The translations under genes and the position numbers were made by a program. A stretch of 64,000 bases of DNA from Verrucomicrobiota bacterium (GTDB lineage: Bacteria; Verrucomicrobiota; Kiritimatiellia; RFP12; UBA1067), in the NCBI GenBank assembly GCA_023269675.1, contig JAHFSX010000002.1:351319-415318 (forward strand). The letters are read 5' to 3'. Shown one piece after another: positions 1 to 8,923 of this stretch (positions are counted from its first letter, which is position 1; the number at the start of each line of letters is the position of its first letter). The notes beneath the pieces are model-generated. The model was not told where the DNA came from. It searched no databases and saw nothing but the letters and a program-made list of their open reading frames with translations.

Positions 1-366
1 CTTCGGAATCAGGGTGCCCGCCGCCGAACAGATGCCGCACCCGATCGCCAAGCCCAGCCCCACGCCCAGATAACGGATCATCAGGCCCCAGGTCAACCCG
101 CCGAACCCCCACGCCGCGCCGCACAGGTAACAGTACCAGACCTCTTTCGACGGCGCCTGCCGGATCACGTCCAGCACGTTCGGGCACTTCGCCAAGGCCA
201 GCGCCCAGGGAGCGAGCACCAGCGCGAAAATCGCGTAGAACATCCAGTAGCTCTCCCAGGCCCAGTTCTTCTCGCGCTTGAGCGGCAGATAGAAGACCGC
301 GCCCGCCAGACCTCCCAGAACAAAGATGAGTGTGCCCAAGCCAGGATTGACAATCGAACCGTTCAT
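1..366 (-). CDS. rhaT: L-rhamnose/proton symporter RhaT, N-terminal 122 aa (partial; continues beyond window start)
   Basis: Reverse translation from ATG at 364-366 gives MNGSIVNPGLGTLIFVLGGLAGAVFYLPLKREKNWAWESYW...GAAWGFGGLTWGLMIRYLGVGLGLAIG. This matches my recollection of the RhaT N-terminus (FYAPFKKVKKWSWE ... GAMWGIGNINYGLTMRYLG). GC3-rich codons. Not in the ORF track because no stop lies inside the window. Confidence 0.7.
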   Translation of the reverse strand, partial: MNGSIVNPGLGTLIFVLGGLAGAVFYLPLKREKNWAWESYWMFYAIFALVLAPWALALAKCPNVLDVIRQAPSKEVWYCYLCGAAWGFGGLTWGLMIRYLGVGLGLAIGCGICSAAGTLIPK

Positions 367-609
367 GTGTGAGACCTCGTAACTTTCAACCGCACAACCG
401 CGCGCGGCCTACGAAAGTTTGGGTGGGATCATACGGGGTCTCTTGGCAAAAGGGAAGACGAAAAAACGGACAGGGTCTCCCTCCCCGGCGTCCCGGAAAT
501 CGCCGTCGCGCGCCCGACGCTTCAGTCAAAATCCTTGAGCAGCGAGAGTGAAGCGCTCCGAACTGAGGATCTCGCCTGACGGGGCAGTCCGCTTGCCTGA
601 TGCCGCGCA

Positions 610-1950
610 CTAGTCGGCGCCGACGATCTTGAAGAAGGCCTGTGCGCGGCCGTTCACGGGCACCCGCACCTGCGTGTGCGCCTGGCCCGCCGTGAAGGGC
701 TCCGCCGAACAGGCGGTCCAGTCCGTGGCCGTCGGCGCGCTGACCGTCTCGGTCGACCAGTGCACCAGGTCCGTGCTGACCTTGACCACATACCGGCGGC
801 TGATCTCGGTGTTGAAGGTCACCGTCAGCGTCTGCATGTTCAACTGCACAGCCTCGACGCGGAGCGACCGCACCGCCACAGCGCCACTGGAGAAGTGCAC
901 GTGCCCGGCCTCGTCCACCACCTTGAACGCGTATGCGCCGTCCGCCGACAGCCCGTCGGCACCGATCAGGTAGCGGTTGGAACCCTCGCCCACCACCTGC
1001 CCGGCGGGCACACGGCCGACCTCGACCCAGTCGTTGCCGATCCAGGCGTAAACCACGATGTCGTCAGAGCCCGACTCGTCCACCGTCCAGAGCTCGATCG
1101 TCACGCCATTCGCCGAGGCGTACACGCTGAGGTCCATCGCCGCGGAAAGCGAGAGGGGCGGGAGCAGCACCGACCACGAACTGGTGACCGGACTGGCCGA
1201 CGAGAATCCGCCCGCGATGTCATCATCGGGGGAGAGATGGTCGGTCGAATTGTTGCGGCTGCCGAACTGGAGGCGCCACTCCTGATTGGTGTTGAGCGCG
1301 GTGTTCGCCGAGAAGAACGACCACTTCACCGCGAAGTCGATAAAGGTCGTCGACCCGAAAGACGTGGTCGTCTGCGAGTCGATGGTCCGGATATAGCCAT
1401 CCCCCGTCAGGTTGAAATCGGGCGGCGCGATCTTTAACGTGTCACTGCCATCGATATCATTGAGCTGCAGATTTTTCCAACTGGCCACGGCCACCAAGTT
1501 GGTTCCCGTCATCAGTTCCAATCCGTGCTGATCCGGTTGGTTGCTTTTTGAATCCCACACCAGCGCATAGTCGGGCAGGTCCGGGGCCGCCGCCCCATTG
1601 GTGTAACCCACGCGGTCGATATAGACCCAATGTGCATCGCGGAAGGTCGTACTGGTGACATTTGACACGGCCACCCGCATGCGGATGAAGAAATATTGAG
1701 TGTCGGCGGCCCAATAAGCGCCGGGGTTCACGGTGTCCCCCACGAAATCCAGCCTCCCAACCACACCGGAATCAAGCGGGTCGTTCAGGCTCGGGATCGC
1801 CACCCAGTTCGTGGGCCAGCTCGCAAAGGTGGCCGTCGTGCTCGGATACCACATGTTGGTGACTGCGGCTGCGGCCGCTTTCGGCACGGTCAAAACCATA
1901 AACATTCCAGCCGAGACGAGGAGAGGAAAGCGGACTGACGGTAACTTCAT
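610..1950 (-). CDS. Secreted protein (signal peptide MKLPSVRFPLLVSAGMFMVLTVPKAAAAA). Unknown N-terminal domain plus a ~170 aa C-terminal module shared with the 2321..5845 gene.
   Basis: ORF 610..1992 was trimmed to the internal ATG at 1948-1950, because the codons upstream of it are rare-codon-rich. The C-terminal 175 aa are ~80% identical to the C-terminus of the neighbouring 1174 aa protein, and the DNA over 629-1135 vs 2340-2870 is near-identical. Confidence 0.6.
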   Translation of the reverse strand: MKLPSVRFPLLVSAGMFMVLTVPKAAAAAVTNMWYPSTTATFASWPTNWVAIPSLNDPLDSGVVGRLDFVGDTVNPGAYWAADTQYFFIRMRVAVSNVTSTTFRDAHWVYIDRVGYTNGAAAPDLPDYALVWDSKSNQPDQHGLELMTGTNLVAVASWKNLQLNDIDGSDTLKIAPPDFNLTGDGYIRTIDSQTTTSFGSTTFIDFAVKWSFFSANTALNTNQEWRLQFGSRNNSTDHLSPDDDIAGGFSSASPVTSSWSVLLPPLSLSAAMDLSVYASANGVTIELWTVDESGSDDIVVYAWIGNDWVEVGRVPAGQVVGEGSNRYLIGADGLSADGAYAFKVVDEAGHVHFSSGAVAVRSLRVEAVQLNMQTLTVTFNTEISRRYVVKVSTDLVHWSTETVSAPTATDWTACSAEPFTAGQAHTQVRVPVNGRAQAFFKIVGAD

Positions 1951-2100
1951 ATTTGGACTTCGAACTTTACTAAGCATTGGATAACCACACACACAGAACC
2001 TGTTTGAACATAAATGAATATATCACCATAATCAATTCTAGTCAACTACCGATATTTTTATCAAAATATCCCGGAGGGCGCCCGTTTTGCGGGTGCCCGC
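1951..2100 (-). promoter_or_regulatory. AT-rich promoter/5' region upstream of the 610..1950 gene
   Basis: Sharp drop in GC (tttggacttcgaactttactaagcattggataaccacacacacag...aatatatcaccataatcaattctag) in an otherwise ~65% GC genome, directly 5' of a minus-strand gene. No specific -10/-35 assignment attempted. Confidence 0.3.
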
Positions 2101-2320
2101 ATAGCGGATCCGGTCTAGCGCATACGCGGGATCGCCCCAGCGGAAAGTGGGAGCGATGCGGCTGGCCGGCCGCCGCGCCCCCGTTGAAACGGTGCCTGCG
2201 GGACCGGCCATGGCCGTGTCGTCTGCAGGCGGACTCGGCGTCCCGTCAGAAATGCGAAACGCCGCCAGACTGTCCTGGACGGACAACCGGGCGGCGTTCA
2301 AATGCGGAACGTCTCGATCC

Positions 2321-5300
2321 TCAGTCGACGCGGACCGCCTTAAAGAAGGCCCGCGCGCGGCCGTTCACCGGCACCCGCACCTGCGTGTGCGCCTGGCCCG
2401 CCGTGAAGGGCGCGGCCGAATAGGAGGACCAGTCCGTCGCCGTCGGCGAACTCACAAACTCGGTCGCCCAGTTCAACAGGTCCGTGCTGACCATGACCAC
2501 ATAATGGCGGTCGATCTCGGTGTTGAAGGTCACCATCAGCGTCTGCATGTCCATCCGCACCGCCTCGACGCGGATCGACTGGACCGCCACCGGCCCGTTG
2601 GAGTAGTGCACGTGCCCGGCCTCGTCAATCACCTTGAAGGCGTACGCCCCGTCCTGTGACAAACCGTCGGCAGCGATGAGGTAGCGGTTGGAGCCCTCGC
2701 CCACCACCTGCCCGGCAGGCACGCGGCCGACCTCGACCCATTCGTCGCCGATGCTGGCGTAGACCACGATGTCCTGGGAGCCCGACTCGTCCGTCGTCCA
2801 AAGCTCGATCGTCACGCCATCCGCCGAGGCGTAGAGGCTGATGTCCATCGCCGTGGAGAGCGGGGTCGTGTTCACCACGATGTAGTCGGTGGACCCGACT
2901 GTGGCGTAATGGATATAGTAGCCCGCATTGGGCGCGGGCAAGGGCGAGTTGTTCGTCAACCCGCCGAACGTGCCGACGATGCTGGCGGCGGAGGCGAGCA
3001 CGTAGTTGGTGCCGACTTCCGTGAGCGTGCCGATGTCCAGCACGGCGTCATTCAGCGTCAGCGTTCCCGTGACGTTCAGACGGTCGATGGCGTTGCCGCT
3101 GCCGACCTCAACCGCGTTCGTCGATCCGGACTCGAAGGTGACGTCACCCGCGACCGTCAGGGTCCCCACGCTGGCCCCGGGCGCGACGGTCCCGCCGCTG
3201 GCCACCGTCACGCTGTTGCTGATCGTTCCGTTTCCGCCCAGCGTCACGCCGGACCAGACCGTCAACGCGCCTGCCGACGCCACAAAACCATGCACGATCA
3301 GCTTGCCGCCTTTGTTCACCAGCAGGTCGTTGCCGTTGCCCAGCGTCAGCGTCACGCCGGTGGCCACAATGACTTTTCCACCGGCCTGCACGACCGCCTG
3401 GTCCACCGCCACATTCGCCGTCACCGTCACCATATGGTCGCTGCGGATATCGATGGCGCCGTCTGACGATGTCGGCGTGAACGGCGCCGGATACACCCAC
3501 GCCGTGCCGTTCCAGCGCTCCCACGTGGCCGTGTCGCTCCAGTCGCCGGTTTGGTGCGACTGGAAATCACCGGTGACGGGATTGACCGTCTCCTGCTGCG
3601 TTGCGCTCGTCAGGCCGCTGGCCGCGGCCGTGAGTGTCGGTGTCCCGACTTGCTGATCGTTATACCTGAAACTGGCGGTGCTTGAGCCTGTGGGAATCGT
3701 CACGCTCGTAATCGTCGTGCTGCCGGTGGCATTGTCGCGGAAGGATTTCGTCCCGGTCGAATCGCTGCTCAAGTTGACCGTGACGTCCCCCGCGGTGACG
3801 ACCGCCGGGTTACCCGCGCTGTCTTGACGCTGCACCGTCATTGTTCCCGAGGTCGTTCCGGCTGTCAGCGCGCTGCCGCCCGTGTAGGCCGCCGTCGTAA
3901 AGGCCAGCTTGGATGGCGCAGCCCCCGCAACGGTGACTTGACCTGCGCCGCTGAAGTATGTGGAGTTGTTGTTCAGCGCGCCGCTGCCGGCCCATGTTCC
4001 CGCCGCCTGCTGGACAGCGCCGAAGAACAGGCTTCCGGCGGTGCTGCCGTTCCCGGTCGGGAACGGGACTGCCACGCCGCCATTCAACGTCAGGCTGCCG
4101 GCGATCGCGATGACATTGGCAGTGTTGTGGTCGAAATCGGGATTAACTCCGGAGTCGACCACCACATTAAATAAGTGATAGGTACCGATAAGGACAAAAC
4201 CGTTACCGGCTGATCCTGCAAACTCAATCGTACCGCCTGTGCAGGTAATATTGGACGGTGTAATATTTTTGAAGTCATGCCAGATCTTTAGCGTTCCGCC
4301 GGACATGATCAGGGTCCCCGTCATCTTGAAATCACTTCCGCCGGCACTGGTCTGGCCTACGGTCACCGTTCCCCCAGAAATGAATAGGGTTCCGGCGCCA
4401 GAAATGCCTTTAGCTGAAGCAGTGGTCACTGCTCCGCCGGCAACGGTCAGGGTTCCGCTGATGGCTAAGTCCGCGCCGGTGTTGCCAGCATTGAGACTGC
4501 CTCCGTTTTCCACAACCACGGTTGTGCTTGCCGCACTGATCGTATCCGCGGACGTGCCGTTGACCGTTCCGAAAATATCCAGATCAGTGCCCGCGCCGTT
4601 GGCCACTGTCAGCGTGTTGTTGACGGTAAGTGTGGCCCCGGATTCAACGCTGAGCTGGTCCGCACTGGCAGCGGCCGCCACGGTCACGACGTTGGGGCTT
4701 CTAATGGTGATGCTGCCACTGCTGCTGTTGGGCACGCCCTCGCCCGCAGTCGGTGTCGCCCAAGCCGAACCGTTCCATCTTTGCCAAGTCGCGAGTGTGG
4801 CCCAGGTGCCGGTCGCCGCCGACCGGTAGGAATTGGCGGGCGGATTCGCGCTGATGACCACGCTGGAGAGCGTGCCGGACTTCGCATTGCTGTCGGTGGC
4901 TGAAATGTTAACGGTTTCCGCGGTAATGTCCTTGATCGTGATGGTCAGCACTCCACTTGTGAGCGTCTTGGTGTTGTCCCCATACACGCCGTCGTCGTTA
5001 CCGTCATACTGAACATTTCCGGTGCTTCCCGCCATGGCCACGGCCGTGGAGCTGTCGGTTGTCACGGTGTTGCTGAACTGGTCCAGCGCCGTCACGGTGA
5101 CCGTGAAGGCGACACCCGCATTCTGTGCCGTTGTCCCGGAAACCGCATAGTGGTCGATCGCACCGGCAACCTCCGTCAGGTTGCCGAAATTGCTGCCGCT
5201 GGAGCCGTCCGTCGAGGTGGTGATGCCCGCGGTGACCAAGCTCTGCGCTGAGCAATAGATGTGCTTTCCGGTCGCGAGCGGAGTGCCTGCGGTCGGCCGG

Positions 5301-5845
5301 ACCTGAATGGCCGTGGTTCCGCCAATAACCATAGTGTCGAGAAGGTTGTTGCTTCCGACGCTAAATGTTATCACCAAGGTCGTTGAATCGCTGAAGGCTG
5401 CACTCGCGGCCGTGATATTCCGTCCGGCCGTGTAACTGACGTTCGGCGTCTGGGCCGTGTTGAACTCATAGCCGGCCGGCACTTTCAACGTCATGGTTTG
5501 GCTGGAGCCGGTTTTGATGTCGCCATTGGCCGTTTCCGCAATCGTGATCGCACCCAGGGTCGTATAAGCGCCCGTCGCGGCGTCCGCGGAGATGCTGGTG
5601 CCACCCGACGCACCCGTAATGCTGACATTGGCGGAATTCGCCGTCCAAACGCCGGCACAGGTGAGAAGAGCCAAGAGCAGGGTGGCCGAATTCAACTGAA
5701 AGGTGTGCCCATTGCGGCCGGCGCGGGTGTTGGCGACGGCTTGCGGCGCCATACGGAGTTTCCCCCAGAGACCGCTGAGGATGGATTTCGTCGCCGGGAG
5801 GCCGCTGCCGGGCCGGATTGAATCGCGAACGTCACGAGTATTCAT
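2321..5845 (-). CDS. Giant secreted right-handed beta-helix protein (autotransporter-associated beta-strand-repeat / adhesin-like), 1174 aa. Start may be the internal ATG at 5750-5752 (MAPQAV...signal peptide).
   Basis: Thr/Gly/Ser/Asn/Val-rich repeats (GxTxxVxxG, TLTVAGG) are typical of parallel beta-helix passengers. The motif ATW(Q/E)RWNG(S/T)AW..P occurs twice, heading two homologous ~330 aa segments. A hydrophobic signal-like segment LLLALLTCAGVWTANSA is present. C-terminal module shared with the 610..1950 gene. Confidence 0.65.
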   Translation of the reverse strand: MNTRDVRDSIRPGSGLPATKSILSGLWGKLRMAPQAVANTRAGRNGHTFQLNSATLLLALLTCAGVWTANSANVSITGASGGTSISADAATGAYTTLGAITIAETANGDIKTGSSQTMTLKVPAGYEFNTAQTPNVSYTAGRNITAASAAFSDSTTLVITFSVGSNNLLDTMVIGGTTAIQVRPTAGTPLATGKHIYCSAQSLVTAGITTSTDGSSGSNFGNLTEVAGAIDHYAVSGTTAQNAGVAFTVTVTALDQFSNTVTTDSSTAVAMAGSTGNVQYDGNDDGVYGDNTKTLTSGVLTITIKDITAETVNISATDSNAKSGTLSSVVISANPPANSYRSAATGTWATLATWQRWNGSAWATPTAGEGVPNSSSGSITIRSPNVVTVAAAASADQLSVESGATLTVNNTLTVANGAGTDLDIFGTVNGTSADTISAASTTVVVENGGSLNAGNTGADLAISGTLTVAGGAVTTASAKGISGAGTLFISGGTVTVGQTSAGGSDFKMTGTLIMSGGTLKIWHDFKNITPSNITCTGGTIEFAGSAGNGFVLIGTYHLFNVVVDSGVNPDFDHNTANVIAIAGSLTLNGGVAVPFPTGNGSTAGSLFFGAVQQAAGTWAGSGALNNNSTYFSGAGQVTVAGAAPSKLAFTTAAYTGGSALTAGTTSGTMTVQRQDSAGNPAVVTAGDVTVNLSSDSTGTKSFRDNATGSTTITSVTIPTGSSTASFRYNDQQVGTPTLTAAASGLTSATQQETVNPVTGDFQSHQTGDWSDTATWERWNGTAWVYPAPFTPTSSDGAIDIRSDHMVTVTANVAVDQAVVQAGGKVIVATGVTLTLGNGNDLLVNKGGKLIVHGFVASAGALTVWSGVTLGGNGTISNSVTVASGGTVAPGASVGTLTVAGDVTFESGSTNAVEVGSGNAIDRLNVTGTLTLNDAVLDIGTLTEVGTNYVLASAASIVGTFGGLTNNSPLPAPNAGYYIHYATVGSTDYIVVNTTPLSTAMDISLYASADGVTIELWTTDESGSQDIVVYASIGDEWVEVGRVPAGQVVGEGSNRYLIAADGLSQDGAYAFKVIDEAGHVHYSNGPVAVQSIRVEAVRMDMQTLMVTFNTEIDRHYVVMVSTDLLNWATEFVSSPTATDWSSYSAAPFTAGQAHTQVRVPVNGRARAFFKAVRVD

Positions 5846-5899
5846 AGTTCAGCTTTCCTCTCTAACGGACATTGATCGTTGCCCACCCCGCCGCTGTCC

Positions 5900-6260
5900 C
5901 TACCGACAACGGCACGCCCCGTGAGAACAATCTGATGTACGTTATTAGACACCTTTCGCTGACAAAAAAACATCGGGCGACGTCCTGATAATTATGTAAT
6001 GGTTACTACGGAATCGTGATATCTATAAAACCTGAGAGGTCGATAAGAATAATGCTGAAGGATATATACAATATTATCGGAATTAGCGCCGATGGATGCC
6101 GTCTAAAAAGGCGACCTTAGGCAAACAGCTATAAATGTACAAACAGGTTAAAAGAATGCCTCTCTTTATCTGGTCGGCTGACCGTGACCGCTACCGGGCG
6201 CAAGGCTCACAAAAATAAAAACAGCGAAATTTATAGGCTCTTCCCCTTTATTTCTACAGA
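5900..6260 (-). promoter_or_regulatory. AT-rich intergenic island (promoter region of the 1174 aa gene and 3' region of the 6728..8761 gene)
   Basis: ~300 bp of ~35% GC (ataattatgtaatggttactacggaatcgtgatatctataaaacc...aatgctgaaggatatatacaatattatcgg) between two GC-rich genes. Only short, rare-codon ORFs. Confidence 0.3.
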
Positions 6261-6727
6261 TCGCACGCGCTCTTTTGCGACTCACTCACCTGAAGCGTCC
6301 CGCCTAATGGGTGATACCCCGCGCGATACCTGTTCGACATCGGGCCGGTTTCACGCCGAGGACGGGAAGCACGTAAAGAAAAGCCCTATGCTTCGCTTAG
6401 CCTGCGCATTCCCCGTGCCCTTTGGGCGGAAAAATCACGGGTCCCGGGCTCAGACCTCCGGCACGTGCGACCGCATACTCAGCGTAGGGATTACGCAGGA
6501 CACATCGGAGAATATGGGGCGGGCGCCTTGCACCCAGATAAGCCGTGTCAGCTGTTCAGCAAAAGGCGGAGACCCTCCGGAAGAACCCCCAACCGAAAGC
6601 GTCGGCCTTTCAAAGGCTGCGGTTCGCAGGGTCGGACGGACATGCCGCGCCGCCGTTCACGGACGAGCGGCGGCGGTGCGGGCACACGCGCCCTGCCGGA
6701 TCCGGGCCCCGTCCTCTCGGCTGCACA

Positions 6728-8761
6728 TCAGTGCAAAAGGAGCATGGCGCCGCGCTGGATGAAGAGCCAGAGATCCTCGTTCCGGTCCTGCCGCACGACA
6801 CCCGGCCCCGTGACCGTGATGTTCTCCGGAGAGAAAGCGGTGACGCGTGTGGCGCAATCCGCCAGTTTGATCCAGACGCCCCCGCCCCGGTAGTCCCGCG
6901 AGTCGACCTCCAGTTTAGCGCCCGCGTGCATTGTCAGCGCCCCGCTGGCGATCAACGTGCCGGGCCCGGACGGTCCCAATTCGAAACGCAGCGTGGACTG
7001 CGTGTTGTTGGTCAGCACGATGTCCTTGGCCGAGCAGACGCCGTTCGTCCCGATGATCAGCGTGCCGGTGCCGTTGCGCCCGACGTAGATGTTGGCGTTG
7101 GTCACCGTGAAGCTGCCGCCGTCGATCCGCAGCGTGCCGACGCTGTTGTTGGTAAAGGTGAAGAGGGCGGGACCGGGCGTGTAGCCCAGGTCGGCCGTCG
7201 TGAGCCCGCCGACGAATACGGGCCTGGCCGACACCAACGTGCCGCCCGACATCGTGTAGCTGCCGCTGCCGCCGCCCCAGCCGACCGTCATCTGGAAACA
7301 GGCCACGCCGACGTTCCCCATGCCCTGCCGCACCGCGCCGCCGGTCTGGTACACCAGGCCGGTGGCACCCCGCCCCGCACCCAGAATGAACTGCCCGGAG
7401 TTGGTCACCGTGCCGCCGCTGAAACGGACCTCGCCCCACGCAACATTACCGACATTCGTCGCCATCAGGCCCAACACGATGCCGTTCTGCTGGTCCCACT
7501 GGTTCCACATGCCGTAGCGTCCGATGTCGAGCAGTCCGCCCGAGACAGTCAGGTAGGCCCGCGCCGAACCACCCACCCCGTCGCCCCGGCTCACCAGGAC
7601 GCCGTACCCCGACGTCCTGCCGATGCTCCCCAGTTCGCCCCCGGACAGGGTGAGTTCACCCACGCCGCCTTTGCTGCCCGCCGCGCGGCAGAGCGATACG
7701 CCCGCGCCCGCGTCCACACGGCCGCCCTCGATGTTCAGCACGCCCCTGGCGTTGGAACTGTACCCTCCCACGTTCAAGCCGTCATTGCCGACCACATCCA
7801 GGACGCCATTCTCGCGTACCGTGACCGTCCCCAGCGCGTTCGCCTCGATTCCCAGCTGAAAGCGCGTGCTGCCGCGCGGCTGGCGGAAGACCGCATTGCC
7901 GGCGATCGTCACGCTGCCGGTCGCGTTGGCCGTACCGACATTGACGAAGTTGCTGACCACCAGCACCGCGTCATTGGTCAGCAGCACCGTGCCGATGCAC
8001 TGAGCACCTGCGCCGACGGAAAAACTCGACGACGAGTCGTAGTTCCAAAAACGCGCCTTGCCGCCGGTCATCTCGAAGAAGCCGCGACCCGCCGTGCCGG
8101 TGCCGATGCGCAACTGCACCATGTTGTTGCTTTCCACGCCGGCAACAGAGTAGCCTGTCAGCGCGAGCTCGCCCGAGGCGATTTCCAGCCGGCCGGTCGA
8201 GTTAAAGCCCACCCCGACATAGCTGCTGCCGGCGGTGGCCGATTCCCGTTTGAGGTTGGTGAAGTCCACCGTGCCGCCGTTCACGCGCAAGAGGCCGCCG
8301 TTCAGGATCGAGACGAACGGCCAGTTGAACGTGCGCCCCGTGTACCGCAGGACGCCGTTGCTGTGGACGACCACTTCGGAGCCGCGCCCGAAGGACAACT
8401 GGCTCAGATTGTTGCTGCTGGTGAAGTCCGGCGCGTTCACGTTCAGGCGCGTGGTGAGGCCTGCCGCCGTGCTGACATTCAGGCTGCCGAAGGGGACCGG
8501 CGTCGCATCCACCGTCGCCGAATAGGAGGCGGCCGTGTTGGTCAGGGACGCGGTGTTGGCGTTGGGCACGCCCGCCGTCCAGGCCGCGTCATTCGTCCAC
8601 ATCCCGTCGCCCGCACTGTTCCATGTGGTCTGCGCGAGGGCGGCCGAACACAGCGCGAGCAACAGCACGACGGGCAGCGCACGACAACGCAACTCGCCAC
8701 CGCATCCCCAAACAGACCCCGTCCGCAGGACCCGCTTCACAAGCATTCCACGCATTTCCAT
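6728..8761 (-). CDS. Secreted beta-helix repeat protein (autotransporter-associated beta-strand repeat family), 677 aa. Paralog of the 36619..38478 gene.
   Basis: Signal-like N-terminus (ALPVVLLLALCSAALAQTTW). Starts with the TWNSAGDGMWTNDAAWTAGVP motif, similar to SWNVGSGTWDDTTTGNWSPAQVP in the 36619 gene. Gly/Thr/Asn/Val-rich beta-helix repeats (GGTLxxxG, LTLSGG). Confidence 0.6.
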   Translation of the reverse strand: MEMRGMLVKRVLRTGSVWGCGGELRCRALPVVLLLALCSAALAQTTWNSAGDGMWTNDAAWTAGVPNANTASLTNTAASYSATVDATPVPFGSLNVSTAAGLTTRLNVNAPDFTSSNNLSQLSFGRGSEVVVHSNGVLRYTGRTFNWPFVSILNGGLLRVNGGTVDFTNLKRESATAGSSYVGVGFNSTGRLEIASGELALTGYSVAGVESNNMVQLRIGTGTAGRGFFEMTGGKARFWNYDSSSSFSVGAGAQCIGTVLLTNDAVLVVSNFVNVGTANATGSVTIAGNAVFRQPRGSTRFQLGIEANALGTVTVRENGVLDVVGNDGLNVGGYSSNARGVLNIEGGRVDAGAGVSLCRAAGSKGGVGELTLSGGELGSIGRTSGYGVLVSRGDGVGGSARAYLTVSGGLLDIGRYGMWNQWDQQNGIVLGLMATNVGNVAWGEVRFSGGTVTNSGQFILGAGRGATGLVYQTGGAVRQGMGNVGVACFQMTVGWGGGSGSYTMSGGTLVSARPVFVGGLTTADLGYTPGPALFTFTNNSVGTLRIDGGSFTVTNANIYVGRNGTGTLIIGTNGVCSAKDIVLTNNTQSTLRFELGPSGPGTLIASGALTMHAGAKLEVDSRDYRGGGVWIKLADCATRVTAFSPENITVTGPGVVRQDRNEDLWLFIQRGAMLLLH

Positions 8762-8895
8762 CCTCGGCCTCCATCGAAAAACCCAAAGGTGTCACAAACC
8801 ATCGGGCGAAAACTTAAACACGCCTCAGCCCTTTACTGTCATGAAGTATGCGGATGGGGTGGATAATAGTCAACCCCCGTTTGCCGCGAATAATG

Positions 8896-8913
8896 AATCC
8901 GGGGCCGTTCCGC
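8896..8913 (-). terminator. Candidate hairpin just 3' of the 8924..11914 gene
   Basis: cggggc-cgttcc-gccccg: 6 bp GC stem with a 6 nt loop, 10 nt after the stop codon. On the minus strand it is followed by a moderately T-containing stretch (gattcattatt). Confidence 0.25.
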
Positions 8914-8923
8914 CCCGCGGCTT

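Noticed and set aside
6184-6762. 192 aa ORF spanning the AT-rich island and GC-rich spacer between two giant genes
   Set aside because: Mixed composition, rare codons, no SD, and it overlaps the 3' end of the 6728..8761 gene. The region is better interpreted as promoter/terminator DNA.
6545-8866. 773 aa plus-strand ORF, and similar very long ORFs at 9305..11659, 16093..17769, 17715..20558, 21254..23371, 23131..25521, 27058..29487, 34658..36214, 36913..38415, 38514..40361, 44821..47337, 49763..51571 and 53915..55909
   Set aside because: Antisense shadow ORFs typical of high-GC DNA. Their translations are Arg/Gly/His/Val/Ala-rich with no recognisable motifs and non-GC3 codon pattern, while the opposite strand in each case encodes a protein with clear family motifs.
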